Source of the DNA: Kudoa neothunni
Taxonomy: Eukaryota; Animalia; Cnidaria
Reading direction: 5' to 3'
NCBI GenBank assembly: GCA_964304625.1
Contig: OZ199840.1
Coordinates: 10,563,644-10,627,643 of the forward strand
Length of the DNA stretch: 64,000 nucleotides
Made by a program: the position numbers and the translations under genes. The notes under the pieces were generated by a model that worked only from the letters and a program-made list of their open reading frames with translations, was not told where the DNA came from and made no database searches. Below, piece by piece: positions 1 to 14,733 of this stretch (position 1 is its first letter; each line of letters starts with the position of its first letter).

Positions 1-139
1 TGTTAGAATTGGAAATTGATTTGTATATGTCTTAGCGAGTCAAAATATGACATAAACCAAAATTATTGATTTTTTCAAAAATTGAAACTAATTATCACTT
101 GATTTTTTTGCCTATTGTATAATTTATATTAGTTTATAC

Positions 140-2527
140 CAGAGGTCGGCAACGACCGACCCGCGAGGCTTTCAATGATATAGATTTTGTTTAATTTTTA
201 TAATCGATCGTTTCACCGCATAAAGATGTTTAATAGCAAATTAAACGGAGTTAATTATATGTTATCCACTTTTTTAAATAGAATGCCTACAAAATAAAAT
301 AAAAATTATAATATCCTTAACAACATCAGTTTTTTAAGTATTATTACTAATTTTATGGTGCTAGTCCTATTGTGGAGGAAGGAGAAGTTTAATTATTGTG
401 TTTTGCAATTTCGACCCATCGTCTAATCATAGAAAATATTAAGTTTAACAGAAATAAAGTTAAATTTGAAATAAAAAATTATATAAAATTAGTCATTTCT
501 ACGTGGAAAACGTCAAGTGCTAGTTATATTTGTACTTGGCTGCAGCGTATGATTTTTCCAAATTCATAACAGCGACGTTTCAACAATTATTCACTCGATG
601 ATAAGATACAAAAAAAAATTAAAACCAAGTAAGATATTATGGACACCTATTGTTGAGTTGTTATTGAATATGTCAAAATTTGAAGATACACGTGTTTGAA
701 CTTGTTAATCACCCTCGCGTGTAAAATTCATTGAAATGGAAGGTAGGAAAAGAAAAGTTGATTCTGAAAAAAGAACTTTCAAAGGAGATTGGACAATAAA
801 ATACTTTGTTGTTGAGCATTTTGATAGATGTCTGTGTTTAATTTGCCAAGAAAGTGTCGCAGTTAAAAAAATTACTAATGTTAAGACACCACGAAACTCA
901 CCACAGTCGTTACGACGGATTTACAGAATTAGAAAGAGAACAAGAAACAGAGCGTCTGAAAAAAAACTTGACAAAAAAATCATCATTCTTTATAAATCAA
1001 GTTGAAAATAATTGTAAAATTACTTTGGCTAGTTATGAAATATCAAATTTGATTGCGAAAAGGATGAAGCCTTTTACTGATGGAGAATTTTTCAAAGAAA
1101 TGCTATTGAAAGTTTCTGAGTGTGCCCTGAGAAAAAAAATTGTTTTCCGAAATCAGTCTATCAGGAAGAATTGTTGCGAGACGTATCGAGGATATAGCAG
1201 GAACTGTAAGAACTAACCTAATAAATGCTTTCGAATGCCTTGAATATTTTTCCATTGCTATCGACGAAATTACCGATATGACGGATACCACACAACTTGC
1301 AGTTTTTGTGAGGGATGTAACATCACAATTGGAAATTATTGAAGAATTTGCTAAACTAATTCCAATGAAAAGGATTACAACAGGAAAAAATATATTCAAT
1401 TGTACCATGAAATGAACCTTAACACATCAAAATTAATTGGGTTACAACGGATGGAACACCAGAAATAATGGTAGGTGAAAAAAATGGTTTTGTTGCTTTG
1501 CTGGATAATTATGTTGGTAATAATAGAAGTCTTATTAAACTACATTGTATTTTTCACCAAGACACACTCTGCATCAAGTCATTACCTTTTAAAGAAGTTA
1601 TGACGGCTGTTATAAAATCTATAAAATCTGTAAATTTTATTTTATCCAAAGACCTAAATCATCGTCAATTTAAAGGATTTTTTTATGACTTGGAAACTGA
1701 ATACGGTGATCTGACATACTTTTCTAATATTAGATGGCCAAGTTGTGGAAACATGTTACAAAGAGGGTAAGTTTTAAGAAATGAGATTTCCGATTTTCTA
1801 GCAGCTAAAAATCAAGACAACTTTTGTTTTCAAGATCCACAGTGGCTTGCTAAATTGGCATTTTTGACTGATATTTCCAATCACATTAATAACTTAAACC
1901 TAGAGCTCCAAGGAAAAAACAAATTTGTGTCGACATGTTTTATCAAGTCACCTCCATTGAAAGAAAACTTCAACTTGGGGAAAAGCAACTTCAAACTGGG
2001 TAGTTATTCTCATTTTCCTAACCTACAAAATCATAAAAACGATATACAAGATGATTTGTTTTCAGCCGGTGTTACTAATTTAAAGGATGAATTTTCTTCT
2101 CGATTTCACGACTTTCGAAATTACAAACATAATTTTGAACTTTTCAGTACCCTTTATGGAATCGACGTAGAAGAAATAGATGAAAGGTATCAATTAGAAA
2201 TAATTGACCTTCAATCAGATAAGGATATGGAGTCGAAATTTTTGGGAGTTTCTACTATAAACTTTTACAAAAACTATCTATGGCCGACTGGAAAATACAA
2301 AAATTTATTACAAAACTCGAAAATTATGATATCGCTATTTGGGATTTGGGAGCACTTATGTATGTGGACAGTTATTCTCGAAATTAAAATATACCAAAAG
2401 TACGTTGCGGAGTAGGTTACGCGATGACATCTTGTTGCTCTCCACAACGAAGCTGGATATTTCTATCTCTGAAGTAGCGAAGAAAACAAATTTCTCATTA
2501 ATCATTATGTATCAATTTTACGAATAA
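140..2527 (+). mobile_element. Decayed hAT (Buster/SPIN, GTF2IRD2-like) DNA transposon with frameshifted transposase
   Basis: Left end CAGAGGTCGGCAAC at 140, preceded by GTTTATAC (nnnTAnnn, Buster-type target). ORF pieces 736-2527 chain through frameshifts: KRKVDSEKRTFKGDW..CLCLICQE, KPFTDGEF, FSIAIDEITD..QLAVFVR, LHCIFHQ, LAFLTDI, FGSTYVC. Right TIR not found. Confidence 0.88.
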
Positions 2528-3805
2528 ATTTAGGAAATTAGTTTGGTTTTCTCGCGTCGCACTGAAATGATATAATTATAAATGTCGCAATGCGAATGTC
2601 TTTAGCCAGTATCCAATTGCATTGTAAAAAATTCATTATAGCTATATAGTATATAATCTCAGAAGATGTAAATTCATAACTGAAATTTAATTTTTAATTA
2701 AATTTAAAATGAATTAATACAATATATATTATGATCTAATACTCATTGATGAATTATTAAAATTCTTAGAAAGGTAACAATGACGGGCCTAAAAGGGAAC
2801 GAAAACCAGGAATGGGTAAAAATATGATTAAGAAATACAAAAATGTACGGTACGATGTTAGTTTTTATATTTTAGTTTCAATAAAAGAATGTGTAATTTT
2901 TGTAATGCTCTAATTAAGATACTTAATAATAATTGGCCCCACTCATTACACCCCCTAATTATTTCATAACTATTAAATTCCATACGAATATTAAAATAAG
3001 GTTGTAGAAACTTATATATAACTGAATTTAGGTATAATTTGAAATTATAATCTAATGATTAACATGTGCAGTTCAACAGGTCTAGTATGTAACGAAATGA
3101 ATCGGGGAATGGAGTCTCGTTACGTAGAATCGATGCATTATGTACGAGCCATGTTTGTGATTTATTTTTTTACATTAAATGATATTTTTTTATTTATTTG
3201 ATAGATGAAAAAAATTTTCTTTTATTATAATTAAGGATTAGAAAATTCAAATTTAGTTTAGTTTAGTGTTAAAAAGTGGTGATTACGCACGACACCTGTT
3301 AAGTATGAGCCCTGTTGCATTATACTTAATTTTTCCGATATATTCAAGAATACCTAAATAAATATAAACGCTCCTTAATATCTATCTAATATCTAATAAA
3401 TTCTGTCTGTTATCAAGTTGAAATGTGTCAAAAGTTATGAAGTGAAGAAAAGTAAGCTGGTATCTATAAACAGCGAGAGTATAGAATTAATGTATTAAAG
3501 CAATTAGGTGTTGTTTATTTGAGAGTGTTTTTATTGACTTTAACCTTGATTTAATTTATGCTAGAGTTGTTTTTTAACATCTAATTCCAATAAATGGTTT
3601 CTTATTGGAATATCGTAAATTGGGTAAATAAACTAATGACCCATAGATTTTGATTAACTTTTTAGTACTCCCTTGAGAACATAATGTATTAAGGTTAGAA
3701 AATAGGCAGGTACTAAGCTTAAGTAAGATTATTTTAAAAATTTTATTTCTGCGAAATTATTGACGATAATTAGAAAATTTAAGCTATAGCAACTAGTTAG
3801 AAACA

Positions 3806-4204
3806 ATGAGTGAGGATGATGAGACAAAATGCCCACCAAACAGCTTCCGAAATTTATTGAAACGTTCAGGCCGAGTATCATTTCATAAGACTCATTTTAA
3901 ATTTTCGGGATTTCATATGATCATATCCTTTTTGCTTCTAGCAAATATCTGAAAAACTCAAATTCTCGAGTCCAACCAAAGATGATAGCGAGTATATCAA
4001 GGAATCTCAGGTAATATGATAGACTTGACATAATTTTACTTGTTGGCATGTTAATATTTCCAGAGTTACGCAGATTTGGTCAAATTTCAAAAAAAATTTA
4101 AAACAATATGTCTTCAAATGGTCTCTAACAAAATCGGTAATTAATAAAATATAACATTTAAACCGTTGCAATTTATATTAATAATTAAATAAAATATGCA
4201 TAAT

Positions 4205-4237
<33 letters not shown>

Positions 4238-5407
4238 ATATATATATATATATAGGATTCGATAAAAGTCTGAGTGAGCTCTTTTCCAAATATGATAACA
4301 TATTATCACATAACCCTCTCTCCAATTGCTTCTCATTTATACAAAATGAATTTAACAACGCAGAACTTTATAGAACAGATTATGTAGTTGAACTGTGTAG
4401 GCTGTTTGTATTTAGTATTAATGTAAGATCAACCATCTCGACTCAAATGTGCTCAAGCCATTGATAGCTCTTGAAAATGAAAAACAATTGAGTGTGTCTG
4501 TAATATTATGAAATTGTTAATGAGATTCTCTTGAAAACGTTTTTTAAGAAAAAATTGAAAAACACCAACACTTTTCGATTAGATTACGATAATGTGAAAA
4601 ACTCAAAAAAACCAAGTTGTTCAATGCTCAAAGGAACCATATAATTTTAAATCATTAGAGGAAGTGATAGAGTTGGCTAGAAACGAACTCGACGAATCTC
4701 GAAATGAAACCTTCAAAAGTTTGGTCAAATACAACAACGACACTGTAGGTTGTTATGTGAATTAGGAATAATGCAAAATTTATTTATTGTAGCTGGTATA
4801 TATATCGCATATCTACGAATTCGCCAAAGCCATCCAACAATATCATTATCGAGCTAGTATCGTTTACATGAATATTTTATCTAATTTGGATGCAGAGTAT
4901 ATTTGTTCAAGGGAAATTTAATCATATATATATATATAATCCGTTTTAAAATTTTAGATATATAAATTTGGAAAAGCATAAGGCAGATAAAGATAGCGTA
5001 CAAGTTGAGCTCGAAAACATGTCACATACTCAGAGTGATACCGTCGGCGACAACCAACCTCTAGATATCAGCACACAAGAAACCCCAGAATCCAATCCTG
5101 AATTTGTGTCGTGTGAGTTCTCCACAAACTTCTCATCAAGCTTTAACGTTGGTTTGAGAAAGATGGTTGTAGTTAGCACCTATGAAGCCAGTAAGTTGTT
5201 TATTATTGTGAAATAAGCGAAACTTTGTCGGAAATAGAATTTTATTGATATAATGTTCACTTTATAGCAAATCCTAACCACCTGAGTGCCCATTTTGGCG
5301 AACACATCATATTTTTAGAGATCCGAGACGAGGGTTGGTACCTTGTCAAAAACAAGCGTGACCAAATAGGTATCATTCCATCTACTCACGTTGAATTTAT
5401 GGATTAA
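3806..5407 (+). CDS. Endophilin-like N-BAR + SH3 protein (multi-exon)
   Basis: Joined GT-AG exons give MSEDDETK..LLKRSGR|QISEKLKFSSPTKDDSEY.., RLDYDNVKNSKK, ELARNELDESRNETFKSL, EFAKAIQQYHYRAS (endophilin BAR-like). C-terminal SH3: VVSTYEATNPNHLSAHFGEHIIFLEIRDEGWYLVKNKRDQIGIIPSTHVEFMD*. Confidence 0.82.
4205..4253. repeat. Compound microsatellite (TCTA)n(TA)n in an endophilin intron
   Basis: Visible tandem TCTA units followed by TA units. Confidence 0.9.
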
Positions 5408-5970
5408 ACCTCGCAATACTGGATTCTTATTTTACTCTGACCAATGTTGATACTTCAAAATCACCTGAAATAAAAACTCACTATCTTTTCAAAATAATTT
5501 ATCTTGTTATTTTGTTATTCAAGTTATTTATTTACAAAATCTTTACTATTTTTTATAGAGTCGTATTACTTCATGTTGAATACCCTAATTTATTCCTTAA
5601 CCAACAATTTTTAACTCAAATAATGCCAAATGTGAAGCTTAAATCACTTCCAATGATAAATAATATTATTCGGCATATAAAATTTAAAATTTTTAGAATT
5701 AAGAAAAAATTTATACTATATTTTTAATCTATTTATTTATTCAAAGTAAATTTCTTTGGAAATTTCGTACAGAATATAAAATGTCAGGTTGGCCAACGAA
5801 AAAAAGACGAATTACTACACTTTCAAATTTATTTTTTAACTTATTTTATAAGATATTAAAAAACAGTAGATAAATAAATTATCACATAAAGTGAACGATA
5901 ATTTTACGGTAACAACAAAAACTATCAAAAATTTAATCAACTAGTTTGTTCAATGGATCAGATAATCCAG

Positions 5971-6678
5971 TCATGCACATTTCACATCAATCTTCGAATT
6001 TGTAGTCAAAATCGCACTGAAATGGACCTATAGGATTGAAAATATGACAAAACGCAAATAAAATGAAATTGGGCAACCTTTAAGATAATCATATGGTTTG
6101 ATTGAACTTTCGGTAGAGAGATGATGTTTCAGATGGATGAGCGAACTTGGCAGTCCACCTAGTCGATGAATCTACATGAAATCTAATCAAATCCACCCCA
6201 CACAAATTATCCACACACAGATGACACCGTTTCTCGCTCAATTTCTAGTTGTTTACAAAATCCACTTCCAACAGCCATCTCTAGTTTATCAATCATCTGA
6301 TTGTATTCGAAATCTTTTTCCTACACACAATAAACATTTAATGATTCATCACGTTGAATACATTGCTGAGATTTTTTTCCAAAGGGTGTCCGAAAATGAA
6401 AGATTCTTTTACGAGATTGCTAAAAATAACAGAATTCGATAAATATAGAGATAAAAGACGACATTTTAATTTACTCAAAATTGTTAACACCTTTTACAAG
6501 CTCACCATCCAGTCCATCCGTAGTGGATAGAACGGTGTTATTGGCTAGTAGAGGATCTTTATTCATCTATAACTACGTTAAAACTGTTCAACTCTAGGTC
6601 GACCACTACTTCCATGTAAAAATTGCGCAACTCCACTGCGCACTGCAAGAATTTCATAGTGTTATTATTGTGAGTCAT
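5971..6678 (-). CDS. Hypothetical ~160-aa protein, six exons, convergent with the endophilin gene
   Basis: Five short GT-AG introns keep one open frame: MTHNNNTMKFLQCAVELRNFYME|MNKDPLL..VNNFD|NLVKESFIFGHPLEKNLSNVFN|EKDFEYNQMIDKLE..ERET|IHRLGGLPSSLIHLKHH..DYLK|VHFSAILTTNSKIDVKCA*. No family recognised. Confidence 0.65.
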
Positions 6679-7582
6679 CCATTTAGGTGTACATTACAGT
6701 TATGGGCTAGAAAATTATAAACAATAAAAATATCGATTAATAAAATATTTAAGATGTTTAGAAAAATAGCCCCCGGTTTACTCAGTAGTTAATCTACCAA
6801 ATATTCGGTTATGTAATATTTTTGGATATTTTGGTTCACAGAAACCTGACTAACTAAGCTAAATGAATATGAACTCCTAAGTATATTAATAAGGTATATT
6901 TATGATATTATTAAATCAGAATTGTGTTATTAAAGTCGGCATTAATTTTAATCAAGAATTAATGTGATTGATTTTTAAAAAGTAAAAGCCTTCTCACATA
7001 CCCTCTGAAATTAGTCAGCGTACCCCCTGAAATTAATGCGCGAACCCCAGATAGGAAACATTGCAATAGAAGGTTAAACACTTTGATTGTGATAAAAAAT
7101 TTTGCAATTCGGGGTATAATTGTTCACTTTTTATAATTATAATATATCAATACAAGAAAAAAGGAAAATGTTAGCTTACAATGAACCAAATGACTAACTA
7201 TTCTAAACCCATTGAGCAGGATAACTTTTGATTACTTGCTTATAACAAAATTTATTGTCAATGTGTACTTTTAGCCCTTGAACATAATGAAATTTTAATT
7301 TTTAATCCTCATAAATTTGCTCAAACATACTAGGAAAATGGTGGTAAATTGGACAAAAATCAACTTCCTATTTATCATCTATTCTACTTCAGAAAGTCGA
7401 TATATTATAAAATTTAAAAAATGCTCAAAGTTTACAAAATTTTCCGTGAAAAACATCGAAATAATTTTGAATGTGCCATATGTTATAGTGACGATTAAAT
7501 TTTAAAAGTATTAACCAGGAGAATCTATTATAAATTTTCATCCTTTAAAATAACTGAATTTTATTGTAGGCAGGAATATTAA

Positions 7583-10500
7583 TCCTCTAATATACTCAAA
7601 AACAACTACACTCCAACCAACTTGGGATATTTTTGACCCCAGATTTTTATTCTACAATTATTATTAAAAAAATATATTAAAATCCCATACAAATTTTAAG
7701 AAAATTCTATCGACAAGATTTTGAAAAAAGACCAATCGTTTCGAGTATTAATCCTTCAAAATATCATTCGGCAAGCTTAAATGACGGTTTGTTAATTTTC
7801 GTTAACAAGAAATTCACAATTTTTCCATATTATTGAGAAAGAAAGAAAAAAAACTTAAAAGCGTAACAAATTTTTGTATATATTCAAGTAAATAGTTACT
7901 TTTTAGAACACTCATTACATTTCTTCAAAGAATGAAATCGACAAAAATGTCTCCCACACTAATACATCGTGTGTTTGTTTTTTTATCACTTCCACGACGA
8001 CATAATGTACAGCGTACTTTCTTCATATTGGATTCCATTATTTCAATGTCTTGAAGAGAATATGGATCGGATCTTTTAACTACTTTTTTATCTTTTTAAT
8101 TTTTAACTAATAATGGTTCGTATGGGACAGGAATCTATGGCTCGCGAGCCAGATGTGGCTTTTTGGAAGGTTACGTCTGACTTGCAGACAAATTTTCAAT
8201 TTATAAAAATGCTTCGTTAAATTTCTTTGCAAATATACGAAACAGTCACTACGGAAAATCGATTACCTGCTGTATCACACATTACAGCGTACGAATATTG
8301 TTCTAATGACAATGTTTGGCTCTACGTAAGCTTGTGAGCGGTCTTTCTACATTTAAAAGACATGAAGACTAAATTACGGTCACGTTTAACGGATTGAAGT
8401 CTCAACTCCTGCATGAAGCTAAATCTTACCACGTATCCCCCATACTAAAAATCATATGCAAAACCATGCGGAGTCAGAAATCACAACGATGATGAGAAAT
8501 AATCATCATTGATTAACAACAGCGTAACAATGTAATTAAAAATAACTTAATGACTTGTTTTATTTTAAAGTGTTGAGATTATATAAAGCGCACATATGCA
8601 TTTATTTTTTTAATTTTAAAACATGTTGTATGACCCTCATAGAATTAATTTTTAAAAAAGTTATGGTCTTTGTGGCTCTCTTATCAAAAAAGGTTCCCAA
8701 CCCCTGGTATAGGGCTTGTGCAATTTCTTTCATAAAAGGACTTTTTAGTTTCTTTGAATCATCAAATAGTTTCTTGTACAATGCGAAGGCATTTATTAAT
8801 GATAAATCCAACATATTATAAAACACTACCATTAGCCATCGTCGATTATGTCGATGAACTAAAATAGACGACAACATTCTGTCTTTTGTATCGACATATC
8901 CTTTGGTTTGGTTGTAATGTAGGATAATTTCTGGCTTATATTTTTCACTTGAACTCGATGTTTGTACATTGTTGGTTCCCGTTGATAATATAATAACGGC
9001 CTTCTCTTTTTGTTGACGTACGATATCAGCATATTTTTTTGAAAAAACGCAAATATAGAGCTATATAAGTCTCTACTTTTGTTTGAAAGAACACACGGCA
9101 GTAGATCTCGTTTATTGTGGCGAATCAATCCCAAGAACGTGGGACGTTTTTCCCTTTATTTTGAAGCCAATTTTACCGACGTAAAAAATTGTCGGTAACA
9201 ACTGTTCTTCTAGAGTTGTAAAATGGAGTTGTTAACTATAGAAAGATGTGTTCACCAACACTGAAGCCTCTGTTGTCTCCATCTCCGTTTCTTCCTAAAT
9301 ATGATAAGATATTGAACACATATTTGTCCAAAGGGTCTACATTTAGGAAGAATTTTAAACCGTATCTTGCTGGTTTCAAAACATATACTGCCTGCCTAAA
9401 AGGGCATCTTCCCTTAAATTTAAATGACACAAACTGCTCGTCAACAGTGATGTCCTCATTTGGAGAATAACGTAGTGGTAATATTTTGACCCACATATTC
9501 CACACATGACGAATTGGGCAATATTTATCATATTCCCTTCGTTGAAATCTTGTGTTTGTGTCATCGAAATGAAGGGATCTTGATATCTGCCTGAATCAAT
9601 TGTAATAAAATATTTGTCCGTATGCTTCTTTTCCTTCCGAGAGACTAAAAAGTTCAATCAACGGCTCTTCCCTATCTTTATGAATAGCTATCAAGATTAG
9701 TGCTCCCAACTCAGCTTTAAACTCCATATCGTCCACGTCAATCCAGGATCATTTGTGGTAACTTCTTCCAAATTCATTCGTATGTCTGACCCATTTCATC
9801 GCAAATATCTTTCGTGAAAAATATGAGAAAACGGTCCAAAATATTTTTGACTCTCTGTGTAGAGTATGTTGTGGAGCCGGTACGAGAATCTATAATATTC
9901 TCCAGAGATAATCTCGATGTAGGGGGCTTTTTCAAGGTCCACACTACTCCTTTTTTGTCTCTAGCAAAATCTTTAACGGGTTCACAATCGGAAACGTCTT
10001 TTTGGTCTTCAGATACATCCATTAAACAATCATCCAATTCGCTACCGGGTGATTCAATTTCATCAATATACCCTTCAGAATTACACTCATCGCGTTCGAA
10101 CCGTTAATATTTTGTAACTCGTGGAAAATTAACCTGGAACTTAACCATCATTTAATTGATTACGGATTATCAAAGTGAAAATAGATTGAAACAAAACCTT
10201 TAAACTGCAAAAGAATTTTGATATGCGTCTCTATTTGACTTTAAAAAAAATAATGAATACCAAGTATCATCTTATCTTCGATGCGTAATAAAATAACTTA
10301 AATTTAGAAACTTAGAAAAATACTAAATATTAAATTATTTCATTTGAAAACATTATAAGTTGATTAAAGAGTCGAGAATTAGCATTAAAAACATGCAACA
10401 TCTATCATGCTTGATTTTATCGTTCAGCGAGCTTTTACGATGTGTTATATTAGCTTGCCGAATTAACTTCGGGAGGATTAACTGACCCAATGAATCATAT

Positions 10501-10752
10501 TTTTCTCAAAATTTATATGGGATTTTGAAATATTTATTTAATAATTTTCGTAAAATAAAAATATGGAGTCCAAAAGACCTCATGTTCGTTGGAGTGTAAT
10601 TTTTTATTTCAAGGCGAAATTTTATTAAGTTGTAGATATTATAAAATAACGAGAATAACTCAAAATTTCAAGTGTTTTCGAATGATATGTAATATGTCGT
10701 AATCACTTTAAAACCAATTTGGAGTCTAAAAGACTCCAAGTTCGTTATAGGG
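7583..10752 (-). mobile_element. Decayed piggyBac transposon
   Basis: TTAA flanks, right end AGGG-TTAA, and long subterminal inverted repeats (~7605-7790 vs ~10440-10600). Transposase fragments: acidic N-terminus, ITVDEQFVSF..GRCPFRQ..KPARYGLKF, RRWLMVVFYNMLDLSLINAF, and a Cys-rich tail (RCTLCRRGSDKKTNTRC..CGRHFCRFHS..C) at ~7900-8025. Confidence 0.9.
8128..8706 (+). mobile_element. Non-autonomous hAT (Charlie/Buster-like) deletion derivative nested in the piggyBac transposase
   Basis: Eroded left end CAGG..CTATGGCTCGCGAGCCAGATGTGGCT and right end GGTTCCCAACCCCTG. Internal remnant of the hAT dimerisation region (MFGST*ACE..KTKLRSRLTD..SCMKLNLTTY). It splits the piggyBac coding region. Confidence 0.8.
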
Positions 10753-10949
10753 TTAAAAATAAACCTATTTTTCGCACTTATCCATTCGCGCATACCTTAC
10801 ATGTGCGCAGTATGTACAGGCAACAATAAATTCAGAAATACCTATTTCAACCTACCAAATAAACGTCAAATTCTTTTAATTGTAATTTTCCAGTGTTCTT
10901 ATTTTTCATATAATACTAATAAAATTTCATCACCCAGGTGGGTCAATCA

Positions 10950-11884
<935 letters not shown>

Positions 11885-12568
11885 TAAAGATTTATTTCAG
11901 TTGAAGCAGTTTTTTCATGCTTGCTTACTCAAATCAGATGCCTATTTCTCACATTAGTGATATAGATAATGATAATTATTGATTTTGAGTGCTTAAAGCT
12001 CTATTCTCATAATCGCCAATTTTCTAAATTGAAATTAGAAACAGTTATCGATGAATAATCTGTCCACAATATATTCAAAGTCTTTCATTACAACAGAAGT
12101 TATTGTTTAAATATAACGATTATTCAATTTTAATGGGTTGTTATTTTTCGCTGCCTTTTTACACACGCGCTTTTATATTATGTTGTCTTGAGAATAGTTG
12201 ATTTCAGTTATTTTATTCTTTTCAATGAGATTACACGTGACATTAATTTATTTTTTTCTTTTATTTTGAATAATTATTATATATTACAATGGGAAATCAA
12301 ATTTCCGTTATCTCTCTGCTAAAATTGTTAATCTTGTCAATGTGAACCTTATGCAACACCCGATCTATTCGATACTCAGTCTCAGTAAGACCGATTTCTA
12401 GTACTTTAATTAGGGTATCACTACCAACTTATGAAAATTTAATTTTTAAAACGTAAAGATTAAACGGAATTGGTGCCTGCGTTTATTCTTATCGCTGTCT
12501 ATATTTATGCTGCGTATAAATTTAATTATTTTAAAATTTGCCATCGTTAATTATTTGTCTCCTATTAA

Positions 12569-13718
12569 CCCTTTAACGGGCTTGGGATCTATGGGACCCC
12601 AGCGCCACATTATATTGTCAATAATATTTGTTCTAATGTACATTCAAGCCTATAATCTTGGGTATTCTTATATATTTCTGTAACGTATATATTGATGTAT
12701 TTCGTAGCTTATAACGGCTATTATATAACACGAAAATAAAAATCCATCCTCCAATTGACTTTGGAGTCTGTGGAACCCCAGGTTTTTTTGGTTTGATCTA
12801 ACTAAAAAAATTATGAAAATGCGATCTTTGAAGTATTAAATAATTCTATCGACGCAATATAAAGAAATTCGTTGATCACTGTACGAACTAATCCTTGATA
12901 ATTCGGTACGGGAAGATTCGTCTTGAGTTCCGTAATCTGTCGTTACATTCCATTGCATTGCCGCTGTTATTTGCTTGTAATTACAACTTATAAACAAGAA
13001 AAATTAGTTTATTTAAAAATATTCTCATTATTTTTTATAGTAAGAGTATTTTAATCAGTAAAGTTAAATTTTTAAACAATTAAAAGTGTTTCATTTATTA
13101 CATGTAACTTTTTATTAATATCTGATGGGTTCGATAACTAATAACAATTCTCGTTATTTTAATGACAAATTTCAATATTTCGGTAATGGTTTTAATGAAA
13201 CAACATGTGGAATATCTAATCGTTCGAGTGGAATACTAGGAACATAGTTTTTAATAGATTCTGCAAACAGCAAAAGTTTAATAATTTTATAACTGAATAA
13301 GCCATCATCTTCAAGAAATTCGATTTCAAATATCATGGATCGTAATCCTGGTCCAATTGTTTGTAGGGGGTTTAGAGCAATTTCGTTAATTTGAGTTTTT
13401 TTTCAATAATTTAAAAAAAATATTGATATTAAAAACCTATTTGTTTAAAACTCCTAATTTTTAATATATTGGGTTCACATTCTTCCAAGTGTGCAAATTT
13501 ACATTCATTTCGCGTGATTGCAAAATAACACCAGATCGGGTTATTGAGGATTGATTCATTCAGTAATATGCGATTTTCAAAATATCGTGTCGATCAAATT
13601 TTTAAATAATTTAAGGATTACATTTCCATAATTTTTTAATTATATTAAGCCCAAAAATCTGGGATTTCCCAGACTTCTTGTTCGTTAGGGGGTGTTTGTT
13701 TTTCGGTTCATTCGAGGG
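12569..13718. mobile_element. Non-autonomous piggyBac-like element
   Basis: TTAA|CCCT...AGGG|TTAA ends with subterminal inverted repeats (TTGGGATCTATGGGACCCC-type motifs at both ends); no intact ORF. Confidence 0.65.
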
Positions 13719-14733
13719 TTAACGTAGCAAAGGGCCCAACTAATTATAATCAATATTACAAACAACAAGTTTACTTTATTTGGACCTATAGACGTATCTA
13801 CATGTAAACCATTTGTTTCTATATATGGTTCTGATTTTTTATGAGATTATTTTATGGATCAATTTGTCAACGATTTTAAATATAAAATACATTAAAAATT
13901 CGTTTTGTTGGTTTAACTAAGAATCTCTATCAATAACTATTTATTTTTGAAATTGTAATACTTCAAGATGCATTAAAAGTCAATTTCGGCAAAAACTAAA
14001 TTATGGTGTTTGAATTAATCATTTTTAGTGTCAATTAGTACCAATAATATCCTAATATCATTTACAAATACTTCATAATTAGTATAATACTTCTAGATAA
14101 GCGAATGGATTATATTTTTTCCTGAATAAAATACTATCCCTATATTTAAATTTTGAATGAAAATTTGCGTTATATAATAATTTTTTTACATATATTTTAT
14201 AGGGAGCAGATAAATTTTAAAAAAAGAATTTTTGAAAATTTTATGTATACCACACGAAAAGTGTTTGAAAATCGTTACCATCGAATAACTAACTGCGCTT
14301 CATTCGCCCTAAAATTGTTTTTGGACGCTTAATTATATACCGAAAAGTTAATTTATCGTAATTTTAGTTATACAATGTTAGAAAAGTTTAATTTTATGAA
14401 TAATGTACTAATTAGATTTAAAATAGATATAATTGTTAAAATAAAATAGAGTATAAATATAAATGCTTTTAAATACATTATTTTTTGTATTGGATTGGAT
14501 TGAGTTAAGTTTAGCTGAATTGAAATAAATTTTCGTAATATAAAGTTCATGAGATAAACTGCTAGCATCAAATAATGTTATTCTGGAAAAATAATCAAAA
14601 GTTATATGCAAATATTACATTTAGTTTTAACTTAATTTAATATGAAATTATTATAAATTTAGTAGGCATCTTATAAACATAATTTTAGAACTGATTTTAA
14701 TATTAATACGTTTCGACCCAATAAAAAATTTTA

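Noticed and set aside
736-2527. Domesticated GTF2IRD2-like gene or alternative genetic code explaining the split ORFs
   Set aside because: Breaks are frameshifts and stops typical of TE decay; host genes read normally with the standard code
6995-7065. Short direct repeat TACCC(T/C)CTGAAATTA as a regulatory element
   Set aside because: It sits beside GGAAACATTG and is best explained as a hAT terminal remnant
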